Source: Gnetum montanum (taxonomy: Eukaryota > Plantae > Gnetophyta). From it: a DNA stretch of 64,000 bases. Where the stretch lies: assembly GCA_015680685.1 (NCBI GenBank), contig MNCI01001360.1, forward strand, positions 269,623 to 333,622. The letters run 5' to 3'. This document shows positions 1-12,900 of this stretch, piece after piece. The notes beneath the pieces are model-generated. The model had not been told where the DNA came from, made no database searches, and saw nothing but the letters and a program-made list of their open reading frames with translations. A program made the translations under genes and the position numbers. Position 1 is the first letter of the stretch. Each line of letters starts with the position of its first letter.

Positions 1-2155
1 CTCCTTTGTTTCGTCGGAATGGTGGTGGCTCCTTAAAGATGCATCCTCGTTATCCAAGTGGATGATTTAACCAAATGCATTGATGCGAAGTCACTGGAAG
101 TGGTTGGTTTGAGCTCGGGGTTGGAATGAGATTTGCCAAGTCACATTAATCATCAAATACACAAGGGGCTGTACACCACCTTATTCTTGGGATTCCATTC
201 CATTTCTCTTCTCTCCATCCCTCTTTCCATTGTTCACCTCATTGCCGGTTGTATCATTAGTGTATATATTTTCGTTGATGCATTGTTCTCTTTTTGGTAA
301 ATTCTTCTAGTTAAGACTTTAAGTCTTGTTCCAAAGACGTTCCCAGAGCCTATGGACTCTTTCAATGTGGGTTTGTTAGGGCATTAAAGGCATGAGCCTG
401 CTTTGGGGAGGACCCACTGACATTCCTATTTGGAGCATTAGTTAACTTCTTTTCCTTAACATTTTACAATTAATTTTATTTTTGTTCATTTCCATCTTGA
501 CATCCCTTTCATTGATGCCATAGTTGTCCCTTTTTACCTATCTTTCTTACTTCTTTTCTTTCTCCATTCTACCGCTATCAGAGGTTCGCGATTAGTCATG
601 GCGGTATGAGGCCTGATTTTTCAATTTTTCTCCTAAGCCCCAAATTTTTTCATTTTTCTTCCTAACCCCTACACCTTCGGTAGCCATCATCCACATCTTC
701 CCAGGTCCATACTAGCCATACCACAACCTAGCCAATGAACCTACACCAAAGCAAGGTATTAATTACTTAATGATTCAATTACCCTTGCTAATATATGATT
801 GTGTTGTGTGTGCAGATGGCAATCATACAACAACAGAATGGATCTGGAGCAAATACTTGGAATGGAGAAGTGCTGAAGCAGCTATGCAAGGAGTAGGATT
901 GATGATGCGCTTATGGATGGACAACGGAAGGTGCAATCTAGGCGTTGGCAGCAGCAAGACTCTTCTCTCTTCTTCTCTTCTATTCTCTCTCCTCTTTTCT
1001 CTCAGCTGCCAAATGTGGCCTGATGTCATTGTAATAAGGTGTTCACCCTTGTTGTCATGAACACCAGTTTTGTCAAGTCTTGTAATAATGAACCGTTCAC
1101 ATGTCATTCCATTAGTTCCATTCCCCTCAATAATCCCATACCTACCTGATATTATTGTAAGGAACTCAAGCACGAGTTTTCATTCAATCATGGGGATATG
1201 ATGAGACGCGAATTACACAGGCCGCGATATTGCATACGCGATATCGCGTCTAACGCGATATCGCATCCCCTGCGATATCGTGTACATGATATCGCGGTCC
1301 ATCGCCAAATCTATAAATAAGAGGTGGCACTCCCCTCATTTCCCATCAGATAGGCTAAGTAGCAAAGCTCTAGCGGATTGATCACCCCAAAGATAGAATA
1401 TTTTCCATGTGCCCGCAGTAGGAGTCCCCTAAGTGAACGGTTCTTTATTCGAGCAGCTTTGTACCTGAACACAAGTTGTGTATGGAAATAAAGATGAGCT
1501 TTGTGGATAAACCTTGCAGTGCATGGATAGTTTTAATTAATGTTACTTATTGCTTTCCTAGTAACGCGGCATGAGTATGACTTGGTTACGAGCGTTGACG
1601 AACATGTATGGCTATCCAAGGAATCAGCTACTCATCGCGATTAGATTCTCTCACCCTTACCTCCTAGAATGTGGGACAAGTACGACTTGATTACAAGCAT
1701 CTACGGATGTGTACGACTAGTCAAGGAATTGGCTGCTTGTCACACTTAGGTTAGTTAAGTGCCTTAGTACAACCGCTTCGAGCACGTGCGTTACGTGTGG
1801 TAATCCCAGTAACGATTAGCGTTTGGTAGCCACAGTTGCACAGTTCAAGGTGTGTACAGCAAGTGGGAATGGATGCTGATGCTAGGACTTAGTGTTGTAG
1901 TTAGAATTAGTTTTAGTCTCTCAACCCTTCACCGTTAGCATAGGAGATAAATTGTAAAATACCAAAAAAATCATATACCTCGGACTTACTTAACCATACA
2001 CCATGACAACAACAAGTAAGTTTGGAAAGACAACAATTAATTAACCCCAAGTGTTCCTTGCGGCGTTTAGGCATTTAGTTAGCGGAGTTCGACCGGATTG
2101 CGCGTGCTACGCTCATTTCGTATGGTTGAGTGTAGGGGTACCTCGCCACTCATCA
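1..2155 (+). mobile_element. 3' part of an Athila-like Ty3/gypsy element (family A): internal 3' region, PPT and 3' LTR
   Basis: The internal sequence is homologous to 2156-6468. CTCAAGCACGAGTTTT...TGGGGATA precedes the LTR, the same pre-PPT context seen at 6435-6468 and 63894-63930 (minus). The 5' end lies outside the window. Confidence 0.7.
1199..2155 (+). repeat. Family A LTR (3' LTR)
   Basis: TGATGAG...CTCATCA termini; GCGATATCGC palindrome array at ~1223-1296; CTATAAATA at 1311; conserved end GTATGGTTGAGTGTAGGGGTACCTCGCCACTCATCA shared with the other copies. Confidence 0.9.
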
Positions 2156-2159
2156 CTTG

Positions 2160-2746
2160 TCTATAAGGAATGGGATTTGGTCTCTGAGGACATGTGTATG
2201 TCTTGAGTGGATGGGATGGTATTGGTCCATCACTGTGTGATCACTATAAATGGTTAGTCTTGATCCAAACTTGGAATGGATTCTTTATTAGGTCACTTAA
2301 CCACATACTTTACAAAGGAACTTTATCAATCTTGACCTCAGAACTCCATTCCACATACTCTCCCCCTCATCAGTTGCTCTCTGTTACTCACCTCACTATT
2401 GGTTTCATGTTTGGATTATGTATCTTGGTTTGCTGATACTTGTAAATCCTTTGGTTGGTTCTCAAGGATATGAGTATTAACTCTCGATGGCCATTAATTA
2501 ACTATGGGTCCATAGACTCCTAAGTTGCATATGTGCAAGGGCAAACAAGGCTTGAGCCTGCTATGGGGAGGACCCACTTGCATATCCTTTGGTTTCGCTT
2601 GTTAATCTCCTACTTCCTTGATATAATTTGTTGACCATTTCTATGCTATCTATTATGAGGCTCTCCATCGCCCAAGCTTCATATTCTGATGTTCTCCTAA
2701 ATTTGACTCTTCTTTTGCAACCAACATCCCTTTCTCTTTGTTTCAT
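2160..2746 (-). pseudogene. Degenerate antisense accessory ORF of family A
   Basis: The minus-strand peptide MQVGPPHSRLKPCLP (2583-2539) matches MSVGPPQSRLMPLMP (423-379) in the sister copy. Many stops; boundaries approximate. Confidence 0.45.
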
Positions 2747-3381
2747 ACTATTCTTGGATCTCTGAGCTCTTGAATGACTCTAATTTTTGTGCTAAAATTT
2801 GCAGATTTGGGCCTTTAATTCATCGGTCACCGGTGATCAACATAGCTAGATCGTTGCATCAACTAGGCCCCGTATACGCATCCCCCTACATTTACATAGC
2901 CCTGTTTATGCAGCCCCATCAATGCAGCTGCACAATACTATATATTTGTGTGTCATGCTTTTGAATTTTGTTCATTTGTTTATAATGCTAGGGGAGTTTT
3001 TTCAATTTTTTTACGTCCAATCTCCTTTCCCAGCACATAACCTTCCTACTGTTTGTCGAAATCCAATTATTCTTTCAGCCTTTTCCTACTGAAGGTATGC
3101 TTTGCATCATGGGGGCCCATGATTCTGTATATTGTGACCATATGGCTAATCAAAGACTTAATGCCTCTTAGGGTTAATCATAGAATTAGTTTTAATTCAT
3201 CATATTTCATTATTTTTCACCCTTTGACTACACTCCAGGAACCCACGTGTAATGGCTTACACCACCTGATCAAACAAGATACACGTGTCACTGTCATAGC
3301 CTAGCCATAATGGAAAGCTATATTAGTACCATTTCGAGCAACACACACACATTTTAATTTATGGTTATGCTATGACTGCAG

Positions 3382-6230
3382 ATGGCACCTAAACCAAGAC
3401 ATCCAAAGGAAGAAGGACTGTCACAAACTTGGGACAAGTAACCTAGAATTGGAAGGGAATAGGGCGCATGACCTCAGGAGCACATAGAGGACATGCAACT
3501 AGCCCTCTCTATGAAGAACCTGACATGAAATCTGTTTGTTAGATTCTTGAAGAAGAAGTTCCCATAGAACAATCGTGCGAGGATGAGACTCTAGCGATAG
3601 TGTCATGGCTTGAGGTTAGCTTGATCAAGGCCTACCTTGACGTTATCAAGCTAAAAGAGCTGCAACAAACAGTCCATCAAGAATTAAACTTCAGACCATT
3701 TCTAGAAAATGCACCAAAAGAACTTAGAACTCAGCTACAAAATTTTCCCATGTGGCCAATCATCATGTCCAGTCGTTAATGGTATCTAGGGGAAACCTAT
3801 CTCTTCTGGACAAATTGGCAACTGAGGTCGCGAGTAAGAATCAATGACATCCATGTGTCTTACTCAATGGAGGCAATCGTGCAAGCTCTTAGGTTGCTTG
3901 AGACCAGAGCTGATGTGGTAGAAATTCCAAAACAAGTAGACCTCAAGGTGAAAGGAGAGTGGATTAGATGATGCTATCTGGTAAATCATAAGGAGTTTGG
4001 CACATTGACCACTGTAGAGAGAGTTTACTCCAAAATTACATCTTACCACTTAAATCCAATGGTAAGACCTAGCAAGATCACTACCTTCTCTACTCGTGCA
4101 TGTGCTACTCTAAGCGGAAAATTTCCTATCAATCTTCAATAGTTACTCTTTTTGGAAACTGAGAAACGATTCATAGAAAATGAATGTGGAAAGTAAGATT
4201 TGCCCTTTCCCTACCTGATCAGAAAATTGTGCAAACAAGCAGGGATAATATGCTATGCCAATGACACACTCCGTCACGCCCCAATTTCCTCGTCGTGTGA
4301 AATGATAAAACACCTACTAGAACTTGAATGGAGGAAGAGTAGCAACCACCTCCACTTCCTGCACAAGCAATAGGGTCAGACTCATGCATAGTTGTAGAGC
4401 GCATACGTGAGATCTGACAATCGCTCCTACGTCAATAGGAGCAACAAGCGGCAACTAGCAGTTGTGGAGACCCTTCTATGTATCGCCCTACTTTGTGCCA
4501 TCTAGAATAAGTAACTCAATCTGTGAGCTTGCTGGAGAGGGCAAGGCCGATGCTTTTCGCTGCACGAACACAAGTGCCCACAAGAACAAACCCTAGTGCT
4601 CGAGAAGTAATAGTGTCAATGACCCAACAATTATTTCTAGAAATTTCTAGAAATGCCGCTACTTTTTCGGTGCACTTGGAGGACAGTGAGGGGGCAACTG
4701 TCCTAGTGATGCAACACCAAGGACAGGAAGTTGCGGTAGAAGTGGTTGCTGATACTATCGCCATGGCTCTCAATGCACCTACAACACCTGTACCGAATGT
4801 ACATGGGCTTATAGATGTGTAGATTTTTGCAGGGACTCAGCATAGAAAATTCAATGCAACACAACTTGAAGAATTGTTAGACTAATTGGTGGGACCTGGG
4901 CAACCGCTTTCAGATGTCTTTGACCTTCCAGACAACATCACTGCAACCCAGTCGGAGTTGCTCTTGGCAAAGGGCAAGTGCCTCATCCTAGAGGGGCAAC
5001 TTGAAGTATCTTAGGAAAATAATCAATGCTTAGCTGCAGAAGTTGCCCAACTAAGGGGCCAACTTGTCGATTCGGCTGTAATCAACCGTGAACTCACCAA
5101 AGATGAAGCTTTTCAACAGCTTCAAACCAAGCTTTAAAAGGTTGAGAACGAGCGAGAGTTGGTGATCTTTGACAAGTCCTTAACAGAAGCTCATTCTTAT
5201 CATCTAAACAAGGACTTGGTAGAGGTCCACCAAGAGAATGTTGGGTTGACTGCAAAAGTTCATCGCCTACACAATATTGGTGTCAAAAATCAACAAATGA
5301 AAGATTTTATCCACCAACAGTAGGAGGAGCTAGCTAGGGTAAACACTGATGTAAGAAGATTGGCTACGGAAAATTGTAATCTATCAATGGAGGAAGTTCG
5401 AGCCTTGTGACAGAAGTTAGCTATTGAAATCTCTGCTTGGAAAAATGAGGCCCTCAAGTTTGAACAAGTGAAAAATCACTACAAGGAACAAGTGGGATTG
5501 TAAAAAGAAATTAATGAAAAAGAAATCCAAGTCATAAAGGCTAAAATGAATCAAGCCCTCTAATAGCTCAAGGATGGAGGTGAGGTATGGAAACCCATTT
5601 TTAATGGATTAAAAGCCTACAACCAAGCTAAGATTCATCTCAAGGAGTTGCAGATTGAAGAAATGATGGAATATATGGAACCAACCAATCTTCATTATGC
5701 AAACCTGGGCATGCTTACAATTGGGATGTCATGGTCAGACCTTGAGAAGTAAGTGGCCACCTCATATTCTTTATACAAGGGTGAGTTCAAGGCACATAAA
5801 GAGATAAAGCAAAAGTTGGAAATAACAAATGTGGAACTCGAAGTTCTTCACACCCGCTTTGAAGGGAAACAATTTGTTCTAGAGAACTTAGCCCAACGAA
5901 TGAATGACTACCAGTAGTTGCAAGCATCACTCCAAGAATTTGATATCGAATGAAAACAGTTTGCTGCCTGGTTTATTAATTTAAAGAAGCTATTTCCTAC
6001 ACTTCCATGTCCTTGGGATGTTCTTGTTCTAGCACACATTGGCGAAGCCACTTGGACTATGAACAATCCCAGAAGTAAACAAGATAAAATGAGGGCACTA
6101 TTGGAGGCTTTTCGATTGCCTCTAAAAGTTGCAACAGTTGCAGGACAATCACAACCACCACCTTAACCACCACATGCACTTGAAGCTAGTCAGGGCCAAT
6201 TAGAACAACTGCCACCAAGAATTGTGTGAT
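3382..6230 (+). pseudogene. Degenerate accessory ORF (N-terminal 'putative plant transposon protein'-like region, long coiled-coil C-terminus)
   Basis: GCAG|ATGGCA start after an apparent intron (AAG|GTATGC at ~3096). Peptide QLQNFPMWPIIMSSR*WYLGETYLFWTNW; E/K/Q/L-rich heptad-like stretch at ~4950-5950; includes ORF 4523-4822; many in-frame stops. Confidence 0.55.
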
Positions 6231-6468
6231 CCTCTTCAGCAACTTTAGCATCTCAGCAAGGCTGTGAGTCCATTATTGTTAAGGTGTTCAATTTTGTTGT
6301 CCACAAATGCCACAATTTTGTAATTCTTTTTCTGTACACTTCGGCACTTGGTGTGTTGCTGGCATCGATGTGTGTATTGATGTGTTTTTCCATATTTGTT
6401 GCTAGTAACCTCATACCTTCCAAATTGTAACAAACTTGAGGATGAGTTTTCACTTAGTCGTGGGGGCA

Positions 6469-7329
6469 TGGTGACGCATCTAATTGAGCACGTCGACTGG
6501 GCTGTGTCAATGAAGCCTTGTTAACACAGTCACGTTAACATGACCTCTTCAACGCATCTCTCCATGTATTGACGTGGCCTCATCAATGTAAGAGCCCATT
6601 TTTTGCTACAAATTTGCGTGCACCCATTGCATTTATGGCACCTTTTGTTCAAGTTGTAGTGAAGCTCTTGTAGTTTGTTTCCATAGGAGTTAGATTATTT
6701 TCCAAGTGCTCGCAGAAGAAGTTCAAAGAGTGTACAGTTCTTTATTTGAGTACTAATGTACCTGAGCCCATTGGCATGAATGACAATAAAGATAAGCTTT
6801 TTGAACATTCCTTGCAGCATTTGAACTAGATTACTTAAGCATTAATATTTTAATACTTTAATAATTTTAATGCTTTTGTTATTGCTTTATAGTTACAATA
6901 TGTTTTAGTAGTCTATAAGAACACATAAGCATGAACACCTCGAACATATGTCTAACACTTGGCAACCCAGTAGTGATTAGGACATGCTTGCGATGTGCAC
7001 ACAGGGTGGGATCAGCTACTTATGCTAGGGGTAGTCAAGCGATAGAGTAGTGGAATCTTAAATTATCTAACTTTTCACTTTCTATATTAGAAGAATTAGA
7101 TATTAAAGATAAAAGAAAACATATAAAAAAATCATATGCCTCAGTCTCAATTAACCATCACCCTAGAATATCATAAGTGAGGTTGAAAGGATAATGACCA
7201 CTCTAGTTAGGATTCTGATGGCTAGAATTCTGTGTGTGTAAGTGCTCGCAGTCTTTAGAATTTGACTGAGTCATGCGTGAATGCTCATGATTCATATGGT
7301 TGGGCGTAGGGGTACCTTGCCGCTCATGA
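6469..7329 (+). repeat. Family A LTR (3' LTR)
   Basis: Follows the PPT; ends GTAGGGGTACCTTGCCGCTCATGA, the family A terminus with one change. Confidence 0.85.
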
Positions 7330-8269
7330 ATGATGAACCTTTATTGGCAACTTAAAGTATGCTCAACATTGTAGAGGTAGTTAAAATCCTGACCAAGCAT
7401 ATGAAGGATAGTCAAATTAAGTACCTAGATATGAATAATATCCCAAGATTTGAGGGGAGATACAATTATGATTTGTAGACACATCTACAAGCTTTTCAAG
7501 ATGCTTGTGCCTTACAAAACATAGAGAATGAGTGGCATAAACTCAAACTTTTTCCAAAGACATTCATTAAGGAAGTTGAAAGTTGGTACCTGTTCTTGGA
7601 ACTGGAATCTATACAAAGATGGAGTATCATGTTATAGGTGTTCAATGACAAATACTAGATGTACTCTAGAGTGTCTAATCTAAGAAGGCAAATCCAAGGT
7701 TAGAAACAAGAACTACATAAACCCTTGGATGCTACCATGGGCTGATACTATTCACTCCTACATCAATGCCTTGGCCATGGTTACTCTTAGAGGAAACAAC
7801 TTTGGCACATCATAGATGCGCTTAGTGTAGAAACAAGAAGAACCCTTGCGATGTATGCCCAAGGAAGGTTGTCTAAAATGAGGGCTCATTAGATCCAAAT
7901 GTTAATTGAGTAGGTAGCAAAAGAAGAAGGTGAGCTATGAAAGAGTAAAATTGTTGAAGAGTATAACAGGGATCCTTCCATTAGAAAATGAGAGGTCTGA
8001 TTTTGTTATAAGGAGGAGTCACCACTTGATGAAGTCGTGAATGGAATGACCTTGCCCATCCAAAAAATTGTTTCTGATATTTTGGCCAAGGTTAACAAGT
8101 TATGGGACTCTTTGGATGAAAATTTTTAAACTACTTTAAAGATTGCTAATGAATCCAAAGAGCAAAATAGTGATCATAATCGCAAGAGGCAAAAAGAAGT
8201 TGAACGTGCCTACCAAAAAGGTAAGGGCAAAGCTATTGTAGTAGAGGAAGTTGTGGAGTCTAACTCTAA
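7330..8269 (+). pseudogene. gag: Ty3/gypsy (Athila-like) gag fragment
   Basis: IPRFEGRYNYDL*THLQAFQDAC...KLKLFPKTFIKEVESWYLFL..SIQRW matches the Retrotrans_gag pattern; several stops. Confidence 0.8.
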
Positions 8270-9297
8270 TGATGAAACTAAATGTGACATATGCCAATGC
8301 AAACATCCAAAGGGATGTTGCCTTGTGGTGTCACACTTACAAGAGTTTGGAGTGTACGCATTGAATCCTCACCTAGCATGTAGGCAAGCTCTAAGATGAT
8401 TGCTAGACTCTTGCAAATTTTTTCTATAATCCTTGAGGAATCATGTTTTGCTAGGCCCCAATATTGAAACCTCGATATGTAGTACACGATATTGCAGCCT
8501 GGATAACGATATCAATACACGATATCGTGATTCCTTTGTAGGCCTATAAATACCACGTTTGGGCACATAGGAAAGGGGAAGTCGGTAAGTGTAAGTGTGG
8601 AGTCTTTTTTGTCAGTTTTCAATTCATTTTCAATTCTTTCCCCAATGCATGGACATAGTGTGATGATTATAATTATATGGAACCTTTATTCGAGTATGAC
8701 GTACTTGGACACATACATGACTGGCAATAAAGATCGATATTACTCCATCATTGCAGCATTCCCTCAGCTTTTAATTATTTTAATTGGTAATTGTTATTTA
8801 TCGTTTTCTTCATTGATATTTCTTTATCATCATTTGCTATTCTTGTTATTAAATGTGGAATGAATACGACTTAATCAGGAACATTTAAGTGTAACTACTT
8901 GGTAACCCAGTAGCGTGTCTAGGAGTGCTCAAGTAATATGTGCTTGGTAATCCTAAAAGTAGTACATGAGGTCCAAGATGCACATAGATGATTAAAGATG
9001 GATGCTCATTGCACTTAAGCTAGTTTAGATTTTGTTTCTTATCGCCTATTAGCTTAAAACAAGATTATTTTTCATTCTCTCTAGGAGTAGCACTAGATTA
9101 GGATCACATCATTTGCCTCACTCTAGACTAAATCATACGTGATTAAGTAAATACTAGTCCAGGTGGGAAGACAGTGAACTATGATCAACGTGTAACTATC
9201 TAGATACCACAACTAGTTCATCTATAGAGTTCGACCAAATTGTGCATGAATGCTTGTATTTGTATGGTTGAGTGTAGGGGTACCTAGCCACTCATCA
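8270..9297 (+). repeat. Family A LTR without matching TSD
   Basis: TGATGAAAC...CCACTCATCA; CGATATCG array at ~8470-8530; CTATAAATA at ~8544; the flanks TCTAA/ATCCT differ. Confidence 0.85.
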
Positions 9298-9978
9298 ATC
9301 CTAAACAATAGTCAATTTGTGCTTGCAATGTGAATTTGAGTTAGTTGTATTGCATCTTATTCAAGTGGCATTGTACCTAGACACATTTCATGAATGATAA
9401 TAAGATCGAGATTAATTCCTATTCATTGCAGCACTTTGACTTAGAATATATTTACTTTTAATGCAATTTATATTAACTTTATATGTACTTAGTTAATATT
9501 TACATTTTAATGCACGTTAACCAATCAATGGAATGAGCATGACTAGTTTTAAGTGCAGACATGTTTTTACTTGGTAATCATAGTAGTGTTATTGCTTGGT
9601 TCACCAAGTAGCATAACACTTCGTAATTCTAGTAGTCGATATGTGAATTCAAGATGTGTACAGTAAGTTGGGAACGAATAGTCATTCCTCTTAGGATAGT
9701 TTAGGATTTATCTTCTTATTATTAATTAGATTAAATAATTAATTTTCATACTTTCATATAATTAGCCTTTGCTGCACAACATCAATAATCATATGCCTCA
9801 CTTTGGACTAAATCATATGTGATAAAGCAACCACTAGTCCAAGTGAGAAGACAGTGATTTGCAATCAATGTTTAACAATTTAGATACCACACTAGTTCCA
9901 TTCATGGAATTCGACCAGATTATACATGAACACTTGTGATTCATATGGTCAAGCATACAGGATACCTGCTACTCATAA
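9298..9978 (+). repeat. 5'-truncated family A LTR
   Basis: Colinear with the reverse complement of 10952-11630; ends GGATACCTGCTACTCATAA. Confidence 0.8.
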
Positions 9979-12900
9979 ATAGTGAAGAAAGTTTTTAATA
10001 GATCAATTGTTATCATTCTTAAGTTTTTCTTTCATAAGTCTACTTCTTAAAAGAAGAATTTAAACCTCATCTTCATCAATGCACTTTGCAATCTATTTTT
10101 TAACAAGAAAAATACCTTGGTTATAACAATTAATGAGGTAAAGTCCTCCATCATTCTTACTACTAATGCAAAAATCCCAAGCAACTTTAGAAAAACTTTT
10201 TCTAAGTTGCTTAACAGACCAAAGAAACTAATGGATGATATGATTAATTCTATCATAACAAGTTTTAGAAGGAGCCCACCAACTGAAGTAATAAATATAG
10301 TTGACTGAAGCAATTGCTTAATAGCTCAAACTTTTCCAACAAGAGTTATCCTTTTATCTTTTCATTTATCAAGTTTCATTTTAATTTTATCAACTACATA
10401 ATTCCATAAAACAGTAAGATTAGACTCAAAAGAAAAAGGTATTCTTAAAATTTTAAAGATAGAATCTTTTTTTAAGATTTTCCAAAGCCTAAGAGTAACC
10501 TACTCATCAATATTATCATTACAATAAATAACAAGTATTTGTTAATTAATTTGAGAGCCAAATAACATGTAGTAATCATTTACTATAGCTACAAGAGTAT
10601 TGATATGTTGCAAAGAACTATTGATCATAAAAAAAGAATCATTTGCAAAGTATATGTTAAGAAATTGCATATCTTGATCATTAATTGAAACTTCCTTAAA
10701 AATATTCCTTTCTAGATCATAATGTAGATTATATACAAGAAAGTCTACAACAATAATAAAAAGATAAGGATCTAGAAAAAAACCTTTATGAATTGACTAT
10801 TGAAGAAAAAAGAAGGAACTCAATTCAAAATTAGTAGAAACTTGAGCATTAACATCAGTGAGTAGGGTACAGAAAAGATGAATAAAATAATCACCAAAAC
10901 CTAATTTATAGAGATAAGAAATAATGAAATTCCATTCTATCATATGATGAGTGATGGGCAACAGGTATCCCCTATGTCCAACTATATGAATCACAAGCAT
11001 TCATGTGCAATCAAGTTGAATTCCATGGATGGAACTAATGTGGTATCTAGATTGTTAAGCATCAATTATAGGTTGTTGTCTTCCCACTTGTACTAGTGGT
11101 AGGTTTGTCACATATGGTTTAGTCCAAAGTGAGGCATATGATTATGATGTTGTTGGGGCCTTGAGCTAAATTAATCAATAACATAGAAATTAATTATTTA
11201 ATCTAATTAATAATTAAATTAAATTCTAAAGTATTTTAAAGGCTAGGAGTGTCTATTCTTAGCTTGTTGTACACATCTTGAACTCATGTATCTACTACTG
11301 GGATTACCAAGTATTATGCTACTAGGCAAATCAAGTAATAACACTGTTGGAATTATCAAGTGAATACGTGTTTATGCTCAAAACTAGTTGTGCTCATTCT
11401 ACCGATTGATTAATGTGCATGGAAGTGTAAATATCATCTAGGTACATGAAAAGTAAGTTACATTGAAAGTAAATCTATTCTAAGTCAAAGTGTTGCAATG
11501 AATATGAATCAATCTAGATCTTATTACTATTCATGGAATGTGTCCAAGTACAATGTCACTCAAATAAGACACCATACAATTGACTTAAATCCATGATGTA
11601 GGTACTCATTGACTATTTGCTAAGATTACAAGAGAAAACTAAAATAGTTTAGCTACACTAAAAGAGTTTCGCTACACTATTGATCAAATGGTCATGAATA
11701 CATGACATGTGCTCAAATATTTATAAGCACATATAGACATTACATTAATGAGGATGTGTTAACTCACTGGCTGTGTCAATAGGGATCTATCAATGCAGCT
11801 AAGTTGATGTAGCTAAGTTATAGAAGATGAAATACAACATCTTTGATATAGTAGATGTGATGTAATAGCCAACTACAATGTATCGATGGAAATGCTACAA
11901 TGCAGATGTGATGTAGTAGCTATGATATAACATCAATGATATTTCAGTGGATTCATACACTTGACAAAATGATGCTTCCTCATATCCATCTGACTCAACT
12001 ACCTAACATATCAGGTTTCATCAATAAGCTTTGGCATAATCTAACTTAATAAAAGCAAAATCTTAGTTAGTTTCAGAAGCCTACTGCATTCCCTTCCAAC
12101 TTGCAATAACATTATTTAAAATATGTCTACCTTTAACAAAACCAATTTACTTAGTTTTGATGATATTTTCAATAATCTTCTGAATTTAGCAAGCTATGCA
12201 TTTAGCTAAAATTTTATAAGTATTGTTAAAAAGAATAATAGGCCTCCAATTACTAATATGTTCAAGGTCATTATTCTTAGGAAGAAGACAAATCACACCT
12301 TTATTAATTTTTTTACTAAAAGAAACTTTTCTAATAGCTTCTTGGAAAATATAAAAGAGATCATTTCTAATGATATCCCAGTGCTTCTTAAAAAATTTAA
12401 TTAGAAAACCATCAAAACTTAGAGCTTTACCATTTTCTAAACTAAAGGTCACTACATTGATTGTTATCATTTTAATTTTAGTTCAATAATACTTTGATGC
12501 ATCTTTGTTATAAGATAAGGAATATGTGTACTAGAGGCCTAGAAGGATTTCTTACTAACATCTTTAGAAGAAACAATAGAAGGAAAATGATTAGCTAAAT
12601 AATTATTAATCATTTCAAGATCTTTAATGATGTAATCATTTATATAAAGTGATTCTAGTTTATGTACTTGACCTTTTCCTTTTAGAAAATTTTAAAATTC
12701 CTTGCAAGATTTATCTTCAATTTAAACCAATCCATGCAACTTTTAGTAAGACCACTTTTAGCTTCAAAAGCATCCCAACATTGTTTAGCATAATAATCTT
12801 TAGCCAAGGCTTTGTAAGGTTTGAAATCAAAGGGATTTTAGTATAAAATAATTTACATTTGCTTAATAAATTTTGTAAGATCTTCTTCAACTTGACCCTT

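Larger units (their letters stand above)
2156..7329 (+). mobile_element. 3' part of a second family A element (antisense ORF remnant, long sense accessory ORF, PPT, 3' LTR)
   Basis: Homologous to 1-1198; PPT TGGGGG at 6461-6466; LTR at 6469-7329. Confidence 0.7.

Noticed and set aside
4523-5950. Host coiled-coil (SMC/myosin-like) gene
   Set aside because: It has many stops, lies directly upstream of a PPT and LTR, and has an N-terminal homologue in a sister element.
1199-7329. LTRs 1199-2155 and 6469-7329 as the two ends of one element
   Set aside because: Both are preceded by a PPT, no PBS follows 2155, their U3 regions differ and there is no TSD; they are two 3' LTRs.
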